Shown here piece by piece: positions 48,441 through 57,839 of a DNA stretch of 64,000 nt. This DNA is from Terracidiphilus sp. (GTDB lineage Bacteria > Acidobacteriota > Terriglobia > Terriglobales > Acidobacteriaceae), in assembly GCA_049522175.1 (NCBI GenBank), contig JBEKOC010000001.1:137752-201751 (forward strand), written 5' to 3'. A model generated the notes under the pieces. That model made no database searches and was not told the DNA's origin. It saw only the letters and a program-made list of their open reading frames with translations. The position numbers and the translations under genes are program-made. How positions within the stretch are numbered: the first letter of the stretch is position 1; every line of letters starts with the position of its first letter.

Positions 48441-49325
48441 ATGTACAAGATTCTGGAAGCCCGCAGCGTAGGCCTCAATATCAAGCAGTTTGTGATTGAG
48501 GCGCCACGCATTGCGCGCAAGCACCAGCCGGGGCAATTCGTCATCCTCCGCCTCCATGACAAGGGCGAGCGCATTCCGCTCACCATCAAGGCCTCTGACC
48601 CGCAGGCCGGCACGGTCACCATCGTGGTGCAGGCTGTCGGCAAGACCACCTCGCTGCTGAATTGCCTGGACACAGGCGATTCCATTCTCGACATCGTCGG
48701 GCCGCTGGGCCATCCCTCGGAAATAGAAAACTACGGCACGGCGGTTATTCTGGCCGGCAGCGTGGGCACGGCCATGGCGCTACCGACGGCATACGCGCTC
48801 AAGCAGGCCGGCAATCATGTGGTCTTCATTGAAGGCTCGCGCAATAAAGAAATGGTCGTCTTTGAAGACGAGGTCCGCTCCTCCAGCAATGAAACCTACG
48901 TGATGACCGACGACGGCAGCTACGGCGAGCAAGGCCTGGTCACAAAGAAGCTCGACGAGCTGATCGCCGCCGGGCGCAAGATCGACTTTGTCCTCGCCGT
49001 CGGCCCGGTGCCGATGATGAGGGCCGTGGCGCGCATCACAGGACCACTTGGCATCAAGACCATGGTCAGTCTCAATTCCATCATGGTAGACGGCACGGGA
49101 ATGTGCGGCGGTTGCCGCGTGCTGCTGGGCAACAAGAGCCAGTTTGCCTGTGTGGACGGGCCGGAGTTCGACGCCTCCAAAGTCAACTTCGAGGTGCTCA
49201 TGCAGCGCAACGCCATGTATCGCGAAAAGGAGTGCGCCTCACTGAAAGAATTTCAGGAGCGCTGGGAAGAGCAAGTGGCCGAGCTTCGCAAGGAATTGGC
49301 CGCGAAGGAGGCCCATCATGCCTGA
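48441..49325 (+). CDS. nfnA: NfnA/SudB-type FAD/2Fe-2S subunit
   Basis: GERIPLTI; GPLG; GPVPMM; DGTGMCGGCRV...CVDGPEF. Confidence 0.88.
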   Translation: MYKILEARSVGLNIKQFVIEAPRIARKHQPGQFVILRLHDKGERIPLTIKASDPQAGTVTIVVQAVGKTTSLLNCLDTGDSILDIVGPLGHPSEIENYGTAVILAGSVGTAMALPTAYALKQAGNHVVFIEGSRNKEMVVFEDEVRSSSNETYVMTDDGSYGEQGLVTKKLDELIAAGRKIDFVLAVGPVPMMRAVARITGPLGIKTMVSLNSIMVDGTGMCGGCRVLLGNKSQFACVDGPEFDASKVNFEVLMQRNAMYREKECASLKEFQERWEEQVAELRKELAAKEAHHA

Positions 49326-50778
49326 GAAAACTCCTCTGCCGAACTCCGCCAAAAATGTCCTTCCTCTCAAGGAACGCATGAAGATTCTGCGCCGTCACAT
49401 GCCGGAGCTGGACCCTGTCGTGCGCAGCCGCAACTTTGAAGAAGTCAACCAAGGTTTGCCCACGGCCGACGCCCTCACCGAAGCCTCGCGTTGCATCGAG
49501 TGCGCCAAGCCGGGCTGTATCGTCGATTGCCCGGTAGGCGTCAAGGTCAAGGAAGTCATTGCCCTGATCTGCTGCGGCGACTTTCTTGCCGCTGCCGCCA
49601 AGCTGCGCGAGGACAATTCGCTGCCGGCCATCACCGGCCGCGTCTGCCCGCAGGAGAACCAGTGCGAGGGCGGATGCATTGTGGGCAAGAAGGGCCAGCC
49701 GGTGGCCATCGGCAACCTGGAGCGGTTTATCGCTGATTACGAGCGCATGAGCGGCAAGCTGGGCCTGCCCGCCAACGCGCCTGCGACCGGCAAGAGCGTG
49801 GCCATCGTCGGCAGCGGTCCGGCAGGGCTCTCAGCTGCCGGTGACCTCATCCAGAAGGGCCATCGCGTGCGTGTCTTTGAGGCCCTGCACGAGTTGGGCG
49901 GCGTTCTGGTCTACGGTATTCCGGAGTTTCGCCTGCCCAAAGCCATCGTGCGAGGCGAGGTGGACAACCTGCGCCGCATGGGCGTCGAGTTCGAAACCAA
50001 CGTGGTGGTCGGCAAGAGCGTTACCCTCGACGAGCTGATGAACGAGGAACACTACGACGCGGTTTTTGTGGCCACCGGCGCGGGACTGCCGGTCTTCCTC
50101 AGCGTCCCCGGCGAGCACTTCAACGGCGTCTACTCGGCCAACGAATTTTTGACGCGCGTGAACCTGATGCGCGCCTACAATGCCGCTGAGTACGATGAAC
50201 CGGTCTACGACTGCCGCGATCGCGACGTGATTGTGGTCGGTGGAGGCAACACCGCCATGGACGCCGTCCGCACCTCGCGGCGACTGGGCGCGCGGACAGC
50301 GACGCTCGTGTATCGCCGCTCCGAGGCCGAGATGCCCGCCCGCGCTGAAGAGGTGAAGCACGCGCGAGAAGAAGGAATCGAGTTCCGCATGTTGACCAAC
50401 CCCGTTGAGTTCCTCGGCGACGAGAAGGGCTGGCTCACCGGCGCGCGCTGCGTGCGCATGGAGTTGGGCGAGCCCGATGCCAGCGGCCGCCGCCGCCCGG
50501 TCGAGGTCAAAGGATCTGAATTTGTTTTGCCCGCCAGCGTAGTTATCATCGGCGTCGGCACCACCGCCAATCCGCTGATCCAAAGCACTACGCCCGACCT
50601 GGCCACCAACAAGTGGAATTACATCGTAGCTGATGAGACGTCCATGCGCACCAGCAAGCGCGGCGTCTTTGCCGGCGGAGACATCGTCACCGGCGGTGCA
50701 ACAGTAATCCTGGCCATGGGCGCGGGGCGCAAGGCCGCAGCCTCCATCCACGAATTTCTTACCAGCGGCGTGTGGTAG
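49318..50778 (+). CDS. nfnB: NfnB/SudA-type (GltD-like) FAD/4Fe-4S subunit
   Basis: CIECAKPGCIVDCP; GRVCPQENQCEGGC; GSGPAG; GGGNTAMD; AGGDIVTG; no gltB adjacent. Confidence 0.85.
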   Translation: MPEKTPLPNSAKNVLPLKERMKILRRHMPELDPVVRSRNFEEVNQGLPTADALTEASRCIECAKPGCIVDCPVGVKVKEVIALICCGDFLAAAAKLREDNSLPAITGRVCPQENQCEGGCIVGKKGQPVAIGNLERFIADYERMSGKLGLPANAPATGKSVAIVGSGPAGLSAAGDLIQKGHRVRVFEALHELGGVLVYGIPEFRLPKAIVRGEVDNLRRMGVEFETNVVVGKSVTLDELMNEEHYDAVFVATGAGLPVFLSVPGEHFNGVYSANEFLTRVNLMRAYNAAEYDEPVYDCRDRDVIVVGGGNTAMDAVRTSRRLGARTATLVYRRSEAEMPARAEEVKHAREEGIEFRMLTNPVEFLGDEKGWLTGARCVRMELGEPDASGRRRPVEVKGSEFVLPASVVIIGVGTTANPLIQSTTPDLATNKWNYIVADETSMRTSKRGVFAGGDIVTGGATVILAMGAGRKAAASIHEFLTSGVW

Positions 50779-50930
50779 AAGGCGATTTGGGTAAACTGAG
50801 AGTCCTATTCTCAAAACGGTAGAACTTGAGATGTGCCCATGCTGTGCTAAAATACGGGGCAATCGCCATATATCATTTTTCTTAAAGCGGGTAGGAGTTG
50901 AGTTGCAGGGTTGAAAGGAGAACCCAGCGC

Positions 50931-51368
50931 ATGAACCAAAATCTCTACATCAAGGCCGTTTTCGCGGTTATCGTGATTCTGCTTTTGGTGATCGCTTATA
51001 CATATCTTCGCCCGAATGCGCCGGCCAAAGGCGTTCAAGGCGCTCATGTTCCAGCCCAAGCCCAGCAATCCAGCCAGCAGATACCGCAAGCAGCGCCACA
51101 GGCGACCACTCCGACCGGCGGGAATACTTATGCAAAAGCAGCTACAGCCACTCCCACGGGTGGGAATACTCATGCAAAAGCAGCTACAGCCACTCCGACG
51201 GGTGGGAATACTCATGCAAAAGCAGATACAACCACTCCCACGAAATGTTCGCTTGGCCAGATTCCTGCACCAAATGATCTCCCTGAGTTAAAAGGGGCAT
51301 GTATGGACAAAATGAAACTTATTCGTTACAAATATATGGAAAAAATAAATAAGAAAATGGGCAAATAA
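50931..51368 (+). CDS. AT-rich membrane-anchored orphan protein with three 14-aa repeats
   Basis: AAAGGAG RBS; N-terminal TM; (TPTGGNT[YH]AKAxTx)3. Confidence 0.7.
   Translation: MNQNLYIKAVFAVIVILLLVIAYTYLRPNAPAKGVQGAHVPAQAQQSSQQIPQAAPQATTPTGGNTYAKAATATPTGGNTHAKAATATPTGGNTHAKADTTTPTKCSLGQIPAPNDLPELKGACMDKMKLIRYKYMEKINKKMGK
51105..51242 (+). repeat. 42-bp tandem repeat, 3 units plus a partial
   Basis: Units begin at 51105, 51147, 51189 and 51231. Confidence 0.92.
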
Positions 51369-51663
51369 AAAGGCAGATGAAACAGTCACCCTCTCCGGTG
51401 CCGTGGCCTGTCCCATATGGGACCTCATCAAGTTCGTCTGCTTTATCTTCGGCCAATCCGCCGCCACAATGAACCACACTTTCAAGAAGAGTAGAACTTG
51501 AGACGCTTCCCAGTACACTGAAAACAAGGGACTTGCGCGTCTCTGGATTCAGGCTTAAATGAAGCGTTGAACCCGCCGCTTCACACTGCGTGCCTTGTAG
51601 TATTTTTTACTCTCTGCGGAAAGCGGAGTCGTATTCCCTATTCCCTATTCCCTAGTCCCTCGT

Positions 51664-53115
51664 CTACTCCCTGCCCTTCTTGCGAATCTCGATATTCAGC
51701 CGCTTGATTTTCTGGTTCAGCGTGGAGAGCGGAATGTGAAACTGTTCGGCGGCGTCGGTCTGGTTCCAGTTGCAGCGCTCCAGCTTCTCGATGATGATGC
51801 GGCGCTCGATGTCTTCCAGGATGTTGAACAGCGTGGCGTCGGGGTTGTGCTCCAGCAGGGCGTCCTGAAAGCTGCGGCCGGTGATGTGGCCGGGCAGCAG
51901 GTCGGATCCGATGACCGGTCCCGAGGAGAGCACCACACCGCGTTCGATGGAGTTTTCCAGTTCGCGGACGTTGCCCGGCCACTCGTAATCCATCAAGGTG
52001 CGCAGGGCGTCGGCGGAGAGCTTACGCGGGGAGAGGCCGTTCTCGCCGGCGTAAAAGTCGAGGAAGTGCTGCGCCAGCAGGGGAATGTCTTCGCGGCGGG
52101 CGCGCAACGGCGGCAGGTCAACGCAGATGACGTTGAGGCGGTAGAAGAGGTCTTCGCGGAAGCGGCCCTCGCGCACTTCTTTGCGCAGGTCGATATTGGT
52201 GGCGGCGATGATGCGCACGTCCACCTGGATCTCCTGCACGCCGCCCAGGTGCATGAAGCGGCGGTCTTGCAGAACGCGCAGAATCTTGGCCTGCGTGTCC
52301 ATGCCCATGGTGGCGATCTCGTCCATGAAGAGCGTGCCTCCGTTGGCCACCTCGAAGAGGCCTTTTTTGGAGGCGACGGCCGAGGTAAAGGCGCCCTTGA
52401 CGTGGCCGAAGAGGGTGGACTCCAGCAACTCGCTGGGCATGGCGCCGGTGTTGATGGGGACGAATGGCTTGTCCTTGCGCGGCGAGTTGGCGTGGATGGC
52501 CTTGGCGATCATCTCCTTGCCGGTGCCGCTTTCGCCCTGAATCAGAATCGTGGAGCGGCTGGGCGCCACCTGCGCCACCAGGTCGAAGACCTTGAGCATC
52601 GTCTCGCTCTTGCCCACGATGTTGGAAAAGTTGTAACGCTGCTTCAGGGTGCGCTTGAGCTGCAGGTTCTCTTCTTCGGCCTTGTGGCGCGCGACGGCGG
52701 AACGAATGTCGGCCAGCAGCTTTTCGTTGTCCCAGGGCTTCTGGATGAAGTTCTCCGCGCCCGCGCGAATGGACTCGACGACATTGTCCACCGTGCCGTA
52801 GGCGGTGATCATGATGATCGGCAGTTCAGGATAGCGCTCCTTGAACTGGGGCAGCAGTTCGAGACCGCTTTGGCCGGGCAGCGCCAGGTCCAGCAGCATC
52901 AGGTCAAAGTTTTCCTGATCGAGAATCCGCAGCCCCTCCACGCCGTCAACGGCCATTCTTGTTGTGTACCCTTCCAGCTTGAGCAACACTTCGAGCGACT
53001 CGCGGATGGCGGCCTCGTCATCGATAACCAGAATGCGGGCCAGGCTGTCAGCCAGATCGGAGTCTCCGGCAGTGGAGGGAGTGGGCGAATTCAAAGGCGG
53101 TTCTACCTCAGGCAT
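51664..53115 (-). CDS. sigma54-dependent NtrC-family response regulator
   Basis: REC (LVIDDE, LLDLALP); GESGTGKE; FGHVKGAFT (GAFTSA); C-terminal HTH. Confidence 0.95.
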   Translation of the reverse strand: MPEVEPPLNSPTPSTAGDSDLADSLARILVIDDEAAIRESLEVLLKLEGYTTRMAVDGVEGLRILDQENFDLMLLDLALPGQSGLELLPQFKERYPELPIIMITAYGTVDNVVESIRAGAENFIQKPWDNEKLLADIRSAVARHKAEEENLQLKRTLKQRYNFSNIVGKSETMLKVFDLVAQVAPSRSTILIQGESGTGKEMIAKAIHANSPRKDKPFVPINTGAMPSELLESTLFGHVKGAFTSAVASKKGLFEVANGGTLFMDEIATMGMDTQAKILRVLQDRRFMHLGGVQEIQVDVRIIAATNIDLRKEVREGRFREDLFYRLNVICVDLPPLRARREDIPLLAQHFLDFYAGENGLSPRKLSADALRTLMDYEWPGNVRELENSIERGVVLSSGPVIGSDLLPGHITGRSFQDALLEHNPDATLFNILEDIERRIIIEKLERCNWNQTDAAEQFHIPLSTLNQKIKRLNIEIRKKGRE

Positions 53116-56100
53116 GAACGGTATTCCTCAACAGGGGAAACTGGAGATGGAAGGTTGTGCCGGCGCCGATGGCGCTTTCGACATGAATCTTGCCGGCGTG
53201 CTCCTGGATGATGCCGTAGGAAACGGAAAGCCCCAAGCCGGTGCCGCGGCGGTCGCCGGACCGGGGCACGTTCTTGGTGGTGAAAAACGGATCGTAGATG
53301 CGCTTCAGGTGCTCGGGAGCGATCCCGCTGCCGGAGTCGTTCACCAGCGCAGCTACGTAGTTGTCTTTACGGTTGAGCAGCGTGGCCACGCGCAGGCGGC
53401 CGCCGCTGGGCATGGCTTCCTTGGCGTTCAGCAGCAGGTTGAGAAAAACCTGTTGCAGCTTGCCGGGATTGCCGTAGATGGGGGGCAACTCCGCGGCCAA
53501 CTCGAGATCGACGAGAATCTGCGCGGTCTTGAACTGGTGATCGAGCAGGGAGAGCGTGTCGCGGATAACCTGGTTCAGGTTCGTGTCGCGGAACTCGGTG
53601 GTCGACGTGCGGGAGAAATTCAGCAGGCCGTTGGCGATCTCGGCGGCACGGAAGCTCTGTTGCGTAATCTTGTCCAGCACCGGGCTCAGGCGAGCATCGC
53701 CCTTCAACTGCTTGGCGAGCATCTGCGCGTACGAGGAGATGACCGCCAGCGGCGTGTTGATCTCATGGGCCACGCCAGCAGCCAGCAATCCGATAGAGCT
53801 GAGCTTGTCAGCCTGCGCCAGTTGGGTTTCCAGCGAGACGCGCTCGGTGATGTCGTCCACCAGGATGATGCGTCCCACCGAAACAAAATCCCGCGACAGC
53901 AGCGGCGCAATGGCGATGTTAGCAATCCGCTGCTCGCCGGCGCGCGTGGTCAGCGGAAATTTGTACAGGTGATGAACGCCCTGCTCGTTGCGAAATCCCT
54001 CCAGCGCCTCGATAAACTCCTGCGGGAAGACAACGCTCAGCTCCTGGCCGATGGCCTCTGCGCGGCTGAGCGCATACATGGCCTCCATCTGCGCGTTCCA
54101 GCTCTCGATGCGGTCGCCCAGATCCAGTGCCAGAATGCCCACATTGATTGACTCGACGATGTTCTCGTTGAATTCCTTGAGCCGCTCGAATTCGCCGATT
54201 TTTTCTTCCAGCCGCGCGTAGAGGCTGGCGTTTTGTAAGGCGATGCCGATATAGGAGGCCAGCGATTCCAGCAGTTCCACGTCCTCACTGGAGAGAAAGT
54301 CGCCGCCGATAGTGCGGCCCAAGCCGATGACGGCGATGGTGCGCGTGGTCTCCGGTCCACCTAGATTGGCTTCGCTGTCCTGAATCTGGCCCGCTGCCAC
54401 GCGGCAGGGCAGATAGTAGTTCAGGTCCAGCAGGGCGGCGGTGCGTTGCTGCTCCTCGGGCAGATGCATGGCCTGCTGCGTGTTTTCCAGGAAGATGTGC
54501 GAGTGGTCCGTGGCCTGGTCAAAGTTCAGAAAGTCCAGGTCCATGCTCAACTGATCAGCGAGGGCCTCGGCGGGCAACCCGTGGGAGGCGGCCAGCCACA
54601 GGCGGCCCGGTTCCTCTGAGCTTCTGGCCAGGAAAACAGCCACACGCGCCACCAGCAAGGTGTGCGGCAACTGCTCGACGATCGACTCCAGCAGTGCATG
54701 GAGATCGGTCTCCGAACTCAAGCCGCGGCCGAACTCGACCAGCGCCTTGCGGTAGTCGTAGCGGTGGCGGTCGAAGACCTTGTCGACCCAACCCTGAATC
54801 CTTCGTTTGAGAGGTTCAAAGAGGGCCAGCGCCAGCACAATGGCGATGCCCTCGCCCCAGTCCCTGACCGGCTCAGGCAGCCGATAGTGGGCTATCCCGG
54901 CGGCCGCTGCAATCACCCCGAAATAAGCTCCCAGAATCAGGCCGGTGGCCAGCGTGTAAGCCACTCCGCGCTTGAAGATCAGGTCGGTGTCCATCAGCCG
55001 GTAGCGCACAATGGCCCAACTGAAGGTCAGCGGTAAAAAGATGATGGACAGGCCCGCCAGATTGGTGACCCAACTGTACGGCTGCCAGTCGCAGAGGAAG
55101 GGTATGGCGTAAAACAGCGTAAAAGGAATCACCGCCAGCAGCGCGCCGCGGGTGAGCCACTTCAATTGTTGGCGCTGCAAGGGGGTGTTGGCGAGGCTGT
55201 AACTGCGTACGAACAGGCCGGCTGCAAAGAGGTAGAAAAAAGCATCATAGCCGGTGCTGACCTGATCCAGACGGTGCTTGAGCAGTCCTGTGGCTTGCCA
55301 GAAGTTGATCGCATAGAGCCACATGCCGAACAGCACGGCGCCGGGCGCATAGACCAGCGGAAGCAGCCAGTGGCGGCGCAGCTTCTTGAACCGCTCCTCG
55401 GGGAAACTGAGGGCAAAGTGCAGAAACAGCGCTGGTTGCAGCGATTCCGCTATCACATTGATCCAGAAAACGCACTGGTCCAGCTTGTCCCAGTGGCCCA
55501 TGGCGTCCAGCGCGCCGGTGTACTTGAGCGCGTATAGCGCGAAAGACACCAGGCAGAACATATAGAAATGCGTGGCCCGCGGAGCCGTCCAGCGGCGAAA
55601 CAGCACGTAGATGCCGATGGCAAGATAAACCAGGCCGATGAGTCGCAGCCCCATTGCCAGATTCCGGTCCGCCGGCTCCGGAATCACCTCGACAATCAAC
55701 TCCGCCGGCCTGCCCGGCGAAATGCCGCTGCGGCTAATGTGGTAGTAGATCTGGAAGTAGCTGCCGGTGCGATAGAGCGCGCGCTCCAGGTCCGCCGTTC
55801 GCACAACGGGGGTAAACTTGGCCCCGCTGGCCAGGGACGGTTGCTCGCTGCTTGTGGGGGCTTCCTCTGGCAGAACCTTCACGCCTGCCAGCGGCTCCTG
55901 TGGCCGGATGCCGGTGCGCAGCCCTGATCTGACCGTTCCGACAGGAAGAATATTCACTTCCGTCAGCCGGTCTCCTGCGTGGATGCCCGCTCGCAAGCCG
56001 GGACTGTCGGGCATCACCTTGTCGGCTATCAGGCCTTTGCCATCGGCCGCTTCTCTCCACCAGACGCCGTCGTCGGGTTGCTGGGAGTGGCGCTCCTCAA

Positions 56101-56188
56101 GATAATTCAACACCGCCAGCAGCACCAGGCCGGCCGTGACCAAGCCCAGCAGTGTTGCCTGCAAGCGGTTGAAGAGACTCGTCTCCAT
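53108..56188 (-). CDS. Membrane sensor histidine kinase (PDZ, multi-TM, GAF, PAS, HisKA, HATPase)
   Basis: PDSPGLRAGIHAGD PDZ motif; AHEINTPL H-box; NLLLNAKEA, DSGSG, FDPF-like PFFTTK, GTGLGL. Confidence 0.93.
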   Translation of the reverse strand: METSLFNRLQATLLGLVTAGLVLLAVLNYLEERHSQQPDDGVWWREAADGKGLIADKVMPDSPGLRAGIHAGDRLTEVNILPVGTVRSGLRTGIRPQEPLAGVKVLPEEAPTSSEQPSLASGAKFTPVVRTADLERALYRTGSYFQIYYHISRSGISPGRPAELIVEVIPEPADRNLAMGLRLIGLVYLAIGIYVLFRRWTAPRATHFYMFCLVSFALYALKYTGALDAMGHWDKLDQCVFWINVIAESLQPALFLHFALSFPEERFKKLRRHWLLPLVYAPGAVLFGMWLYAINFWQATGLLKHRLDQVSTGYDAFFYLFAAGLFVRSYSLANTPLQRQQLKWLTRGALLAVIPFTLFYAIPFLCDWQPYSWVTNLAGLSIIFLPLTFSWAIVRYRLMDTDLIFKRGVAYTLATGLILGAYFGVIAAAAGIAHYRLPEPVRDWGEGIAIVLALALFEPLKRRIQGWVDKVFDRHRYDYRKALVEFGRGLSSETDLHALLESIVEQLPHTLLVARVAVFLARSSEEPGRLWLAASHGLPAEALADQLSMDLDFLNFDQATDHSHIFLENTQQAMHLPEEQQRTAALLDLNYYLPCRVAAGQIQDSEANLGGPETTRTIAVIGLGRTIGGDFLSSEDVELLESLASYIGIALQNASLYARLEEKIGEFERLKEFNENIVESINVGILALDLGDRIESWNAQMEAMYALSRAEAIGQELSVVFPQEFIEALEGFRNEQGVHHLYKFPLTTRAGEQRIANIAIAPLLSRDFVSVGRIILVDDITERVSLETQLAQADKLSSIGLLAAGVAHEINTPLAVISSYAQMLAKQLKGDARLSPVLDKITQQSFRAAEIANGLLNFSRTSTTEFRDTNLNQVIRDTLSLLDHQFKTAQILVDLELAAELPPIYGNPGKLQQVFLNLLLNAKEAMPSGGRLRVATLLNRKDNYVAALVNDSGSGIAPEHLKRIYDPFFTTKNVPRSGDRRGTGLGLSVSYGIIQEHAGKIHVESAIGAGTTFHLQFPLLRNTVHA

Positions 56189-56684
56189 CAGGGAAGCACC
56201 AACATCCTTCTGCTTTGTTGCACGTCGGCTGCCATGGGTGAATAAAAGTGGAAGACCTGAAAAAGAAGTACAATCGACTGAGAATACGCGAGATAAGGAC
56301 GTTTGGTCCGGGGCAATGTCAACAGGATTTCAAGCGTTCCTCCATTAAGAATACAATAATTGGCAGGTCGCCTATGAAGAAAGGGATTGGCCTACTGAAA
56401 CCTGTAACCTGGCATAGATGTATCCGTTTTGGCCGTAATACCCCATAGCCGTCCTTTCTTTGAAGTTAGCCCTGCCACCAGGCCTTCATCCGGAGCAAAA
56501 GCCGGAAAGATCCTAATGCTATGCCTGCTTCCCGGCTCTTCAAGGGTGGTGAAGTAAAACATATTTTTCAACGTGTTTCTGGTTTAGAATCTGGATTCAG
56601 AATCCAGCTACACAAGGAGAGTTTCCTGTACGTCAAATTTTGTTGTGTGGTTTGAGTGTCTTCGCGGTTTGTGCGCTGCTGTTA

Positions 56685-56716
56685 GCGGGGCGGCTTTGTC
56701 AGTCCCGCCTTCTTTT
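56685..56716 (+). terminator. Intrinsic terminator upstream of the ECF promoter
   Basis: GCGGGGCGG...TCAGTCCCGC stem followed by CTTCTTTT. Confidence 0.6.
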
Positions 56717-56742
56717 ATATAGATGAGAAATGCCGTTCAAGC

Positions 56743-56771
56743 TGTAAACTTGCGTGCAGTGTAGGCGTCTA
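56743..56771 (+). promoter_or_regulatory. ECF sigma-type promoter (probable autoregulation)
   Basis: TGTAAAC-N16-CGTCTA ending about 6 nt before the ECF start codon. Confidence 0.75.
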
Positions 56772-56776
56772 CCTGA

Positions 56777-57355
56777 GTGATGGCTGCCTGCACTACATTG
56801 GAACCGATGACCATGGCCATGGCAGAGGAGATAGCCGCCGAGGAGTTTTCGGCTGTCGTTGCAAGGCACCGTCCGCAGATCTTCCGGTTTCTGCTTGCCT
56901 CCACGCGCGATGTGGACCTGGCCGAGACGCTGACCCAGGACTGTTTCCTGAAAGCGCACCGGAATTGGCGAAGCTTTCGCGGCGACTCCAGCGCCATGAC
57001 TTGGCTGATGCGAATCGCCATAAACCTGCAGAAGGACCACTGGCGCAACCGCCGTATGCAGTTCTGGAGGCATACGCAGAACAACGCGGTGGCATTGGAC
57101 GAAGCCAGCGAGTGGTTGCCCAGCGGCGAACGCTCCGTAGAGCAGCAGTTGCTGGCGAAAGAGCGGGTGGGGCAGGTGAGCAGGGCAGTGGAAAGGCTCA
57201 GTGAGCGCCAGCGAACGATCTTTCTGCTGCGCTACGTGGAAGAGGCAGAGTTGAGCGAGATTGCGCAGGCCATCGGGCTGAGTGAGGGCACGGTCAAGGC
57301 GCACCTTTCGCGCGCAGTGGCAAGGGTGCGTGCGGAACTGGGAGGAAAACGGTGA
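56777..57355 (+). CDS. ECF sigma factor
   Basis: AETLTQDCFLKAH...FRGDSSAMTWLMRIAINL; IAQAIGLSEGTVKAHLSRA. Confidence 0.94.
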   Translation: MMAACTTLEPMTMAMAEEIAAEEFSAVVARHRPQIFRFLLASTRDVDLAETLTQDCFLKAHRNWRSFRGDSSAMTWLMRIAINLQKDHWRNRRMQFWRHTQNNAVALDEASEWLPSGERSVEQQLLAKERVGQVSRAVERLSERQRTIFLLRYVEEAELSEIAQAIGLSEGTVKAHLSRAVARVRAELGGKR

Positions 57356-57786
57356 TGTTCAAGGACAAATTCGCCGACAATTTGCAGAAACCGGAACAGG
57401 ATTCGGAGTTTGACCAAGCGCTCAGGGACTTTCGCTTGAGCGTTCATGCCTGGAGCGATGCTGCCTTCAGCCGTCCGCGGACTGTGGTCACGGCGGTTGC
57501 GCGCAGGCACGTCTGGCGACTGGCGGTTGGCTGGGCGCTGGGATGCGTTCTGGTTGCCGGCGGCGTATCCACGGGGTTCTGGCAGCATCACCAGCGGCAG
57601 ATGGAGATTAGGATTGCCGCGGCCCGCGTGGCCGAGCAGCAGCGGTTGATTGCCCTGCAACGGGAGCAGCAGGCTCGGCAAGAAGATGAGGATTTGCTGG
57701 CCAAGGTGGACAGCGACGTATCGCGGGAAGTTCCTACCGCCATGGAGCCCCTGGTTCAATTGATGGTTGAGGACGAAACCCCGTGA
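57352..57786 (+). CDS. Single-TM putative anti-sigma factor
   Basis: Overlaps the ECF stop (GTGA); central TM RLAVGWALGCVLVAGGV. Confidence 0.65.
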   Translation: MMFKDKFADNLQKPEQDSEFDQALRDFRLSVHAWSDAAFSRPRTVVTAVARRHVWRLAVGWALGCVLVAGGVSTGFWQHHQRQMEIRIAAARVAEQQRLIALQREQQARQEDEDLLAKVDSDVSREVPTAMEPLVQLMVEDETP

Positions 57787-57839
57787 GTGCAAAATTGGGA
57801 ATCAGAAGCAGTACCTGGATCAATAAGGGAGAATATACG

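Noticed and set aside
49318-50778. Glutamate synthase small subunit call
   Set aside because: There is no large subunit nearby, and coupling to an NfnA-like gene favours NfnB/SudA
51288-51527. Minus-strand 79-aa ORF next to the orphan gene; also small ORFs at 31909-32094 and 56248-56448
   Set aside because: No RBS or recognisable motif; could be gene debris but this cannot be supported
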